Both the position numbers and the translations under genes were made by a program. Below the pieces are notes generated by a model. It did not search any database. It had not been told where the DNA came from and saw nothing but the letters and a program-made list of their open reading frames with translations. Source: Eledone cirrhosa (Eukaryota). Taken from it: a stretch of DNA of 37,343 nt. Below, in pieces: positions 1 to 19,490 of this stretch (its first letter is position 1; each line of letters starts with the position of its first letter). The stretch lies in assembly GCA_964016885.1 (NCBI GenBank), contig CAXHJY010000121.1, positions 1 through 37,343 on the forward strand, given 5' to 3'.

Positions 1-180
1 CTGAAAATTCTCACTGCCACTGATCATATGGCCGATTCTAAAGAATCAATCAGGTGACACAGAGGCTAGTCAGTAGGAATGGGGTGGTAAGATTACTAGC
101 GCCTACTAACACCCCCCAAACAATTTTTAGAAGTGGTTTTGGCAGGTTTGCTCGACAAATCAGTGATTTGGTGATAAATA

Positions 181-224
181 TAGACAATTTAATATATCTA
201 CTTTAGTAGATATATTAAATTATC

Positions 225-226
<2 letters not shown>
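181..226. repeat. AT-rich inverted repeat at array edge
   Basis: tagacaatttaatatatctact-tt-agtagatatattaaattatcta: 22-bp arms, 1 mismatch, 2-nt spacer. Confidence 0.85.
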
Positions 227-5177
<4,951 letters not shown>

Positions 5178-5714
5178 GGTGGCTGCCAACTCGTTTTCGA
5201 GTACGGCCACTACTTTATATCCATGTAGGAGAACCCCTACCGATGCGCTGAACGACTGTGACTTTTTAGTCCAGCCAGCGACTTGAAAACTCTGGTACAA
5301 ACACTACACTTGTGACAATTATTGACACATAGTGCTGGGCCCATGGTACCATGTGACGACAAGTGCAGAGAGATCTCCAGATACAAAGCAATGCCTGTGC
5401 CGTGAAGCTTTTATAGTGAGCAAAGGCACTGCACAAAGCCAGTCCCACTCTCTTAACCAAGATGATATTTACCAAAAAGAAGAACAAGTCAACATCATTG
5501 GATACCATCAGGGTTGCAGGTGTTATATCAGAGTTTTCCTTCTCCTAGAATTCTGCCTTGACAAAGGCTAAGGGGTCATCTCTCCCGGTGATTTTGGATG
5601 GCCATTGACTCTTAAGAGCTCCTTTGCCCTTTGACAGGTTTTGTTTTTAGTCCTGCAGGATGTCCAAAGTCACCCTCCTCACCAAAAAACCTTGGTGGGG
5701 TTGCCAGTTTAGTC
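5178..5714 (-). mobile_element. Non-autonomous internally deleted RTE derivative (left palindrome arm)
   Basis: Reverse complement of 5734-6266; 5388-5590 aligns with 13192-13412 upstream of the RTE ORF; ends in a C2H2 coding stub and a microsatellite tail. Confidence 0.75.
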
Positions 5715-5733
5715 CCATGGTCGGGTCGTTGGC

Positions 5734-6266
5734 GACTAAACTGGCAACCCCACCAAGGTTTCTTGGTGAGGAGGGTGACTTTGGACATCCTGCAGGACTA
5801 AAAACAAAACCTGTCAAAGGGCAAAGGAGCTCTTAAGAGTCAATGGCCATCCAAAATCACCGGGAGAGATGACCCCTTAGCCTTTGTCAAGGCAGAATTC
5901 TAGGAGAAGGAAAACTCTGATATAACACCTGCAACCCTGATGGTATCCAATGATGTTGACTTGTTCTTCTTTTTGGTAAATATCATCTTGGTTAAGAGAG
6001 TGGGACTGGCTTTGTGCAGTGCCTTTGCTCACTATAAAAGCTTCACGGCACAGGCATTGCTTTATATCTGGAGATCTCTCTGCACTTGTCGTCACATGGT
6101 ACCATGGGCCCAGCACTGTGTCAGTAATTGTCACAAGTGTAGTGTTTGTACCAGAGTTTTCAAGTCGCTGGCTGGACTAAAAAGTCACACTCGTTCAGCG
6201 CATCGGTAGGGGTTCTCCTATGGATATAAAGTAGTGGCCGTACTCGAAAACGAGTTGGCAGCCACC
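5734..6266 (+). mobile_element. Non-autonomous internally deleted RTE derivative (right palindrome arm)
   Basis: RTE 5'UTR-like motif ctaggagaaggaaaactctga; 6132-6209 encodes [25 protein letters not shown], similar to the RTE C-terminus [22 protein letters not shown] at ~9760-9835; followed by a (TATG)-type tail. Confidence 0.75.
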
Positions 6267-6308
6267 ATATATGTATGTATGTATATATGTATGTATATGT
6301 ATGTATAT

Positions 6309-6392
6309 GTCAGGTCAGGTCACCAGTTGGTGTTACTGGTAACATGTATCCCAGTACAACCTGTCTCATGGTCGGGTCGTTGGCGACTAAAC
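6309..6392 (+). mobile_element. Orphan 5' head of the same RTE derivative
   Basis: 6367-6392 catggtcgggtcgttggcgactaaac is identical to 5716-5741 and extends the element ~58 bp further 5'. Confidence 0.7.
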
Positions 6393-9713
<3,321 letters not shown>

Positions 9714-12700
9714 TGGCAAGCATGATGAGTAGCGTCTCCAACAGCAGCCTGGTAGTCATCTTACTTTATGACTGCGAAGATGACTTTCGAGTCCAGCTTT
9801 GCTTAGGCAGAGTCTCGCACATACGCTGCATGTCAGCACCATAGGAGGACCCTCGCCGTCTGGAAGTGCAACAGCAATGCCCTTCCTCACATCCCGCTTT
9901 ACTTTCTCGTATGCGATTCGAGATGCCTCAAAGGCAACTTTTCCCTCATATACAGTCTTTCTCCATTTATTACGATCAGCAGCAATATTCTCCCATGTAT
10001 CAGCAGAGATGTTAGCGTCTTTCAGAGAGGCTTTCAAGGAATCCTTATACCTCTTTTTGGCTTTTCCTTAAACCAACTCTCCATAAAAGAGTTGTTTTTG
10101 GTATTCTAGAATCCTTCATCCTGGCAAGGTGACCACTCCAACGGAGTCGTTGCTTAAGCACAAGAGCTTCTATACTGTCACACATAGAGCTTTCCAAAAT
10201 CTCGATTTCACTGATGTGGTCCCTCCAGTGAACGCCATGGATCCGTCTGAGACACATCTGATGGAAACGCTCCAATTGCTTAAGGTGGTGTCGATATGTG
10301 ACCCAGGTCTCGCAGGCATAAAGAAGACAAGAGAGCACACATGCCCTGTACACCTTTACCTTTGTCCTCCTGCATATATCTCGCCAACCCCAGAGTCGCC
10401 TTTCTAGTTTTCCGAAAGCATCACTTGCTTTCCTAATCCTAAGTGAGATTTCACTGTCAAGGTTGCTGTATCGATTGACAGTGGTTCCCAGGTAGACAAA
10501 CTGATCAACCACTCCAAGTCGTTTGCCATACACATAGATGTTTGGTTCAGTGTACTGCTTACCAGGGGCAGGTTGATACATGACGACGGTTTTCTTGAGA
10601 CTGACAGTCAGGCCTAGGGCAGTGCAAGCGTCAGAAAATGTATTCAAAATGTGCTGCATATCACTCTCTGTGTGCGCTACAAGATCGCAATCATCTGCAT
10701 ACAAGAGGTCTCTTATGATTGATGTAAATACTTTTGTCTTCGCAGCAAAGCGCCTGATGTTAAATATGCTGCCTGAGGTTCGATATCGGATGTAAACACC
10801 ATGCTCGCAATTCCTGAATGCAATACAGAAAACCATTGCAAAGTATATGGCAAACAGGGTCGGTGCTGGAATATCCCCCTGTTTCACTCCATTTTTTACT
10901 GAGATAGGCTCCGACATGTTACCCCCGACATTAACCCAAGCCTTCATGTCGTCATGGAAAGACCCAACTAAAGCAAGGAACTTATCAGGGCAACCAAGTT
11001 TCTGGAGAACCTTCCATAATGCATCTCTGTTAACAGTATCGAAAGCTTTTGTCAGATCGACAAAAACCTGATACAGATCCAAGCCTTGTTCCATGCACTT
11101 CTCCTGGAGCTGTCTAGCTGAGAAGATCATATCAGTAGTGCCGCGTCCAGCACGAAAACCAGATTGACTTTCAGGAAGAACACAATCTGCAATGTGTGTC
11201 AGCAGACGGTCCAGAAGCACCCTACATAAAACTTTCCCTATGACAGAAAGCAATGATATATCTCTGTAGTTCCCACAATCATTCCTGTTACCCTTTCCCT
11301 TGTACAAGACCACCATTACTGCATTTCTCCAGTCCTCAGGTACGGATTCATTAGCCCATATCCGGCCAAGCAAAGAGTGAAGATGTTGCAGGAATCTCTC
11401 ACCACCATATTGTAGGAGCTCAGCATGTATGCCATCCATACCTGCAGATCTTCCACTGTTCAGCTTCGAAATAGCCACTGCAACCTCCACAAGCGTCGGA
11501 GGTTCTGCGAGAGCTACTTTCACAGGACTTTCTGGAATGAGATTGAGGAAATCTTCACTGACGACAGACGGCTGATTCAAAAGATCATCAAAGTGCTCTC
11601 GCCACCTTCGTAGAATTCCTTGTGAGTCACGAAGAAGTTCTTTGCCATCCTTGCTGCGAAGCGGTGTCACCAGAGAAGAAGACGGTCCATAAACCTCACG
11701 CAAGAGACTGTACAACAGCTTTGTGTTATTGGAATCAGACGCAGTTTGTATCTCACCAGCCTTCTCACTCCACCACTGATCCTTCATCTGAGAAAGACTC
11801 CGCCTAACACGTGATTTTACATCCCTGAGCTCCTCATGCAACGTATTCCTCTCCTGTGGTTTTGCCGTCAAGTAGCGTGACAGAGCACGCCTCTTATCAG
11901 CCAACAAGTCTTCTATATGTACATCATTCTCATCAAACCAGTCCTGATGTTTCCTCTGCGCCAATCCCAGAACACGCCTGCCTACATCATAAACCGACTT
12001 TTTAAGGGTCAGTCAATCCTCACCAAGATCTGCAGCCTGCATCTCTTCTTCCGATGTCCTCTTCACATTTTTAACCTTAAGACGAGCAGCATTCAATCTT
12101 TTGGGCAGGGCAACACCAGGAGCCCGGATTTTACGTTTAGTGATTAGTTTCACTTTTGCGCGTACCAGGCGGTGGTCCGTCCAGCACTCATCTCCACGAA
12201 GAACACGAACACACTGCACATCCTGTCTGTCACGCATCCTGACTAGGACGTAGTCCAAAAGATGCCATTCCTTAGATGCAGGATGCATCCATGTGGTCTT
12301 GAATTTGTTCTTTTGTTGGAACATGGTGTTGGTAACACACAGATCCAGCTCCTCACACATCTGCAGCAGGAGCATACCATTGCTGTTACACTTTCCCACC
12401 CCATGCCTTCCGATTACATTCCATGTGTTAAAATCCCTACCCACTCTAGCATTAAAGTCACCAAGCACGATGACTTTGTCTGCCTGAGGGATATTTCTTA
12501 AAACACCTTTCAAGGCATGGTAAAAGGACACCTTTTCCTCATCGACAGAACTCATAGTTGGAGCATACACACTCACCAGGGTAGCATATCTTCCCTTGTC
12601 CAGCGGAACTCTCATGGACATAAGACGCTCACTAATCCCTACTGGGAATTCTTCTAATTTGTTCACAAGCACAGTCTTAACAGCAAATCCTACCCCAGCC

Positions 12701-12840
12701 TCTCTTCTGGTTCCTTCATCTCTTCCTTTCCAAAAGAATGTATATTCTCCACAAAATTCCGTAAGATGACCATCTCCAGCTAGCCTCGTCTCAGATAAAG
12801 CCACGATGTCAAGATCGTAACGTCGAAGCTCCTTTGCAAC

Positions 12841-12897
12841 AAGAGCGGTCCTTCGTTCAGGACGCCCCCAAGAGCGGTCCTTCGTTCAGGACGCCCC
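12841..12897. repeat. Tandem duplication (29+28 bp)
   Basis: aagagcggtccttcgttcaggacgcccc twice. Confidence 0.95.
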
Positions 12898-12986
12898 AAG
12901 GAATCCCTGTCAAGCAGCGTCCGTACGTTCCAGCAGCCAAGACTAAATGCCTTGTTTGGCTCTATTACAATGGCACGATGACGAGC

Positions 12987-13018
12987 GGGCCCAGGTTGTG
13001 ATATCACAACCTGGGCCC
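12987..13018. repeat. Perfect 32-bp palindrome
   Basis: gggcccaggttgtgat|atcacaacctgggccc. Confidence 0.95.
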
Positions 13019-13107
13019 CTGCCCTTATTGCCAATGATCTTTTTTGTTCCAGAACCTAAATTGCCAATTATCTCTTTTATATTGTTCTGGAACATCATTG
13101 AATTGGG

Positions 13108-13182
13108 GAAAAAAAAAAAAAAAAAAAAAGTAATAATAATAGTAATAATAATAATAATAATAATTATTATTATTATTATTAA
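13108..13182. repeat. Poly(A) followed by (TAA)n then (TAT)n
   Basis: Direct inspection; interrupts the RTE 5' region. Confidence 0.9.
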
Positions 13183-13514
13183 TGCACTCGTGCAATGCCT
13201 GTGCGTGACGAATATTTTTAAAGTGAGGAAAGACTGTGCACTGAGCCAATCCCACTCTCTGAGCGACAGTAGCTATAACCCGAAAAGAAGAAAAGATCAA
13301 CATCATCGGTAACTACTGAGCCGCAGATTTTATGTCGGAGTTAACAGTTTCCCGAGATGCCTTCTCCTAGAAGAATGCCCTGACAAGGGCTAGGGGTTCT
13401 TCACTCCCAGTGGTTTAACTGCGCGATCGGGCATCCAGCCCGATTATTTCTATGTCCCCGCGCAAAAAAAACAAAACAAACAAACAAATCACTTATTGAC
13501 ACTTATGCGTACGA

Positions 13515-13745
13515 CATACACACACGCGCATATGTATATATATATATATATATACATATATATACACATACATATATATACACATACATATATATATACA
13601 TACATATATACATACATACATACACACATACATATATATATACATACATATATACATACATACATACACATACATATATATATACATACACATATACACA
13701 TACATATATATATACATACATATATACATACATATATATACATAC
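13515..13745. repeat. (TA)/(CA)/(TACA) microsatellite
   Basis: Direct inspection. Confidence 0.95.
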
Positions 13746-13805
13746 TTACTTGCCATTTAAACTCGCTAAGAATGTAGTTTCTAATTTGAATGGAAAGAGA
13801 TGGGT

Positions 13806-13876
13806 GATGTGTTGGTGTAATGGTAGCACAATGGTCGCGATAACCACAGATGTGGGTTCGACTCCCATGTACGTAA
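13806..13876 (+). ncRNA. tRNA-like Pol III element (pseudo-tRNA or SINE head)
   Basis: A box tggtgtaatgg, B box ggttcgactcc, D stem gtgt/gcac, anticodon stem tggt/acca, T stem gtggg/cccat, T5 at 13886-13890; non-canonical anticodon loop cgcgata and a weak acceptor stem. Confidence 0.7.
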
Positions 13877-14012
13877 ATACTCATCTTTTTCCATTTATCT
13901 GAGGGTTCTAAACCCCGTTATCAAGATAAAATTCCTTTAGTCAAAAATACGGTGAAAGCTATATATTTTCTAATTTCAAACTCGCTCACTGTTTCAAAAC
14001 ATACGTACTTGC

Positions 14013-14146
14013 TACATATATATATATACATACATACATATACACATACATACATATATATACATACATATACACATACATACATACATATATATATATA
14101 TACATACATATATATATACATACATATATATATATAAATACATACC

Positions 14147-14185
<39 letters not shown>

Positions 14186-14345
14186 ATACATACATATATA
14201 CATACATATATATATATATACATACATACATATATATATATACATACATATACACATACATACATACATACATACATACATACATACATACATACATACA
14301 TACATACATACATACATACACATACATACATACATACATACATAC

Positions 14346-14390
<45 letters not shown>

Positions 14391-14586
14391 CATACATATA
14401 TATATATATATACATACATACATATATACATATACATACATATATACATATACATACATATATACATACATATATATATATATACATACATATATATATA
14501 CATACATATATATATACATACATATATATATATATACATACATATATATATATATACATACATATATATATATATACATACATATA

Positions 14587-14627
<41 letters not shown>

Positions 14628-14706
14628 ATAAATATATATATACATAAATATATATATACATACATATATATATACATACATATATATATACATACATACA
14701 TACATA
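14013..14706. repeat. (TACA)/(TA) microsatellite
   Basis: Direct inspection. Confidence 0.97.
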
Positions 14707-17700
14707 AAATGGCGACCCTTGTGGTCAGTGTCCGATAATCGGACGTGTGTAATTACGGCTTACATGAAGGCAACATACCATATATTGGAAAAAGTTGAGC
14801 TACATTACGCGGTAAGATTACATACAATAATTCTACATAAATGTTTGAACTGTAAGTATGTTGTAAAACACCTATTTATATGAACGATACATACACTTAT
14901 GATATATGAACGATACATACACTTTAACATATAAATGCAACGTTGTTATATTACATTTATAAAGAAATATTACATTTATATAAAACACAGTTGTAGAATT
15001 AAAAACTAACTGAAAAGAAATATTACTCAAGCTGTGAATAACTTTAAATTTGATTCTGACAGAACTTTGTCGTAACTTTTAAAGAAGATCATCGACTATT
15101 TTGAAAAATAAATACGAAATATTAGTGAATAGACGAACTCATCATGGCAAAAAGTACAAGTCTCCTTCGACCAAATCGCAATTACAACCGTTGTACACAG
15201 TGGACCTACGAGTTTAACAAAGTATTATATGAAGCATACAAACAATCTGAACCCCAAAAGTTCGGTTTTATGCAAAGGCTAAAAACTTTATGGAACTCCA
15301 AACACCCAGAATTAGACTTTTCTCCAAAGCATTTAAATGAACAGGCAAAACGTATCATTAGATGTAAATTGATACATCTAACGGAATCGAGTGATACTAC
15401 AAATACAGCCCTTGTAGACAACCACCCCACCTCCACTGACAGACAAAGAGAATGGCCGGCTAAATCTAACAGTGAACAGCTCACCAACAATTTTGCTGAA
15501 ATTCATCCCACTTCCACTGAAGAACAGCGAGAAAGGTCAGCTGACTCTAGTAGTAATTGTCACCACATCAACAACGAGGCTGAAATTCATGACTCTACTG
15601 AACAAACAGAGCACCAAAAACTTGTGGGCTCCCTACAAGTGATATGGAATGATATGTTTCAAGAGATACACAGCCTTAATGTGAGTGACAGACCATACAA
15701 CACCAGAGTCAGTAAAGAACCCACTAAATTGGAATTGGAAGCGGTGAACGAAATAGCTGGCAATTATCTGAAGGCTATACGATCTAAAGGTGTAGAAACG
15801 ACATTTGAAACGCTTAATGTTTTGTTATATGTTTCAGCTGTCACATTGCTAGCATATAACACACATCTAAAACCACGCAATCAAGATACAAACAGAAAGC
15901 CTGAACCAGCGTGGATGCGAAATTTAAAAACCAAAATTTTGTCCCTGAGACGAAGTATCTCACACATCGCAGTCGTTATGAAATGCAACATAGAGAGCAA
16001 CTTCACACAACACCAGGAAGACCTAAAGAAAAAGTTAGAGAGAAGATTTGGAGATACAAAATTTAAAACTTTGAACTCCAAATTACACCAGTTGAAACAA
16101 CAACTCACAGCTACAACAGAAAGACTAAAATATAAGTCAACAGCACATAAACGACAAGTGCTAAATAGATTGTTTGCCAGAGATCCTAAATCAGTTTATC
16201 GCAGCTTCGGTGGCAAAAGCTCAATCTCTGTAAATGACACCCCTTCAAAAGAACAGGTTGAGAGCTACTGGAGATCTGTATGGGAAACGGATGACGGATT
16301 CAACAGACAAGCTAATTGGCTAAAAGAACTGGAACAGGACTACTGCCAACATGTCCAGACAAAACAATATGACATAGATGGGTCAATACTGGAAACAGCT
16401 CTACAGAAAATGTCGAATAGGAAATCGCCAGGCCCAGACCTCATTACAGGATACTGGTTGAAGAATTTCACTTTCTATCGGCAAGATCTCATACGGCTGT
16501 TTACAGAAACCATTAAGGGCACACAAGAACTGCCCAGATGGTTATCAACTGCCTCTACTCTCCTCATTCCCCAAAATAGCCAAACCACCCTTGCTAAAAA
16601 TTACCGCCCAATTGCCTGCCAAAACATCATGTATAAATTATATACTGGGTGCCTTAACCTGTTCTTACAGGATCACTGTGCTACCAACAACATCATAACA
16701 CCTGAGCAAGCTGGTGGAAAGAGGGAGGTGTGGGGTTGCATAGATCACCTACTAACTAACAAAATGATTCAGGAAAAAACAACAAAGAATCGCAGAAACA
16801 TGACTGTCGTGTGGCTGGACTATCAAAAAGCATTTGATAGTGTACCTCATGGGTGGATTGTTAAGGCTTTACAGTTAGCTAAAGTCCCACAACCATTGGT
16901 AGCTGCTGTTGAACGCCTGACCAAGAACTGGTACACCAGTTTGATCCTTAGAGGTGAGAAGGAGCAGGTTAGGACTGATAAGATACATTACCAGAAGGGC
17001 ATCTTTCAGGGTGATAGCTTGTCGGTGCTACTCTTCGTTCTCTCACTGAATCCACTATCTTACCTACTCAGGAAACAAGGTCGACAAAGAAGTGGGACCA
17101 GAAGTATCTCCCATCTTTTCTTTGTTGATGACCTGAAGTTGTATGGGCCAAATATCAATGACATCAAGAAACAATTGGACCTCATTACACAATTTTCAAC
17201 CGACATCAAAATGAAATTTGGTGAGTCCAAGTGTGCATATTTGGCAGTAAAACGTGGAAGAGCTGTGCCCTCCTCTAGAAATCTAGAGATGAACGGCCTG
17301 ACAATACAACCTCTGCAGTCAGGTGACAACTACAGATATCTTGGACAGGATGAGAATGTCAGATATGATGGACCCATAAATAAGGAGAAAACCAGATCTG
17401 AATACCTCAGAAGAGTAAAGAAAATATGGTCATCAGAACTGTCAGCATACAACAAATACATTGCCCACAATACTTATGCTGTGCCAATTCTAACGCCAAC
17501 CTTTGGCCTACTGAACTGGTCATTGCAAGAACTCAGTGAGATGGATGTTAGAACTCGAAAACTTCTCAGTGTTACTGGGAACTTTAACATCAATGGTGAT
17601 GTGGATAGGCTATACTTCTCACGCAAGGAAGGTGGCCGGGGTCTAAAATCAATATTAACAACATATGAGACCCGGATAGTGACACTGAAGCAACACCTTC

Positions 17701-18734
17701 AACAGAGGAAAAAGGTTGGCAACCATCTTGCCCAGGTTTATGACCATGAAAAAAGAAATATCATTAGAATAGCGACTGATCTGGAGGAGAGATATGGAAT
17801 AAAGCCCGATATAAATCTCTCACCCAGAGAAATCGGAAGATCCTATTCAATGTTCAAACAAGAAAAAAAAAAAGAACCAATTTACAGAAAAAGTTGTGCA
17901 TGGATACTTGAGGCGTAAAACACAGACCATAGAGGGGATAAACCACTCAAAAAGCCTGGCATGGAGTTCCGACAAGTTTATGACATCACACCTTGAGGGA
18001 TATCTCTATGCAATACAGGAACAAGAACTCCCTACCAAATATCTGCTGCACAAAAGAGGAGGGCCAGCAGCTGACAATAAATGTAGGCTATGTAAAACAA
18101 AGATCGAGGATGTAAGCCACATTGTTGCCAGCTGCGAAAGAATGTCATCTCGCTACTACCTCCCCATGAGACACGATGGGATAGCTAGAACCATCTGGAA
18201 CGCACTTCGGAAAACAAAATTAACAACAAACGAGGAAGAATATATTGAGACAGATGGCACTAAGGAATACTGGTGGAACCTGAAAATAAAAACTGCCACC
18301 AGATTAAAGCACAACCGGCCTGATATTGTAGTTTGGGACCACACATTGAAAACGTGTTCTGTTGTGGAGATCAGCTGCCCACTTGTGTAAACGTTGTCAG
18401 AAAAATACAGGAGAAGGAGGACATCTACGGACCATTGATGAGGAGTTTACAAATCCAGTATCCAAGATACACCTTTAGCTTCATACCCATCATTATTGGT
18501 GCTACGGGTTATATACCAACCCGCTTGGACCAAAGTATGACTGAACTTGGATTTGCGGACAAAAAGCGCAGCTCCCTAATTCATAGTCTACAAATGGCTG
18601 CGATAGCTGGCACCTTCAAAATTTGCAAAACATTCTTGCGATTCAAGGGATGACAATTTCTTTTCTTTTACAACCTTGCCACCAGGAAGGTGGCCGGTCA
18701 AAAAAATATACTCAAAATTAAGAGAAAGAGAAAA
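14707..18734 (+). mobile_element. R4/Dong-clade non-LTR retrotransposon (RT + CCHC + restriction-like endonuclease), apparently full length
   Basis: ~440-bp leader, one long ORF, ~80-bp 3'UTR with gccacc/ggtggc hairpin, microsatellite on both sides. Confidence 0.85.
15144..18653 (+). pseudogene. RT-RLE polyprotein (~1169 aa if two 1-bp indels are repaired)
   Basis: KSPGPD, NYRPIAC, LDYQKAFDSVPH, GIFQGDSLS, HLFFVDDLK, YRYLG, EGGRGL; CRLC-x8-H-x4-C knuckle, RHD, RPDIVV..VEISCP, PIIIGATG; +1 in A-run 17863-17873, -1 near 18385. Confidence 0.9.

Positions 18735-19490
<756 letters not shown>

Larger units (their letters stand above)
9756..13034 (-). pseudogene. RTE polyprotein: APE endonuclease + reverse transcriptase + C-terminal C2H2 finger, disrupted
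   Basis: APE: WNVRTL, ALSETR, SVYAPT, LGDFNARVG, LDYVL, TDHRLV. RT: NYRDISLLS, LPESQSGFR, FVDLTKAFD, GVKQG, LYADD, FVYLG. Lesions: 29-nt duplication at 12841-12897, in-frame TGA at 12013-12015, frameshift near 10098 and a further stop near 10068. Confidence 0.93.

Noticed and set aside
1-180. Unique sequence at window start
   Set aside because: Too short and truncated; no motif I can support
5266-6209. Paired 80-89 aa ORFs in the palindrome
   Set aside because: Mirror products of the inverted repeat over UTR-like sequence; only the terminal C2H2 stub looks protein-derived
5178-6266. DNA transposon or MITE interpretation of the palindrome
   Set aside because: Arms are RTE-derived with outward retroposon tails; no transposase, and a TA TSD cannot be assessed inside TA repeat
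13806-13876. Functional tRNA-Ser(CGA)
   Set aside because: No U33, pyrimidine at 37, no long variable arm, mismatched 1-72 pair
14707-14800. HDV-like ribozyme at the R4-like 5' end
   Set aside because: Only simple hairpins (gacc/ggtc, gtccgat/atcggac); could not build the nested pseudoknot
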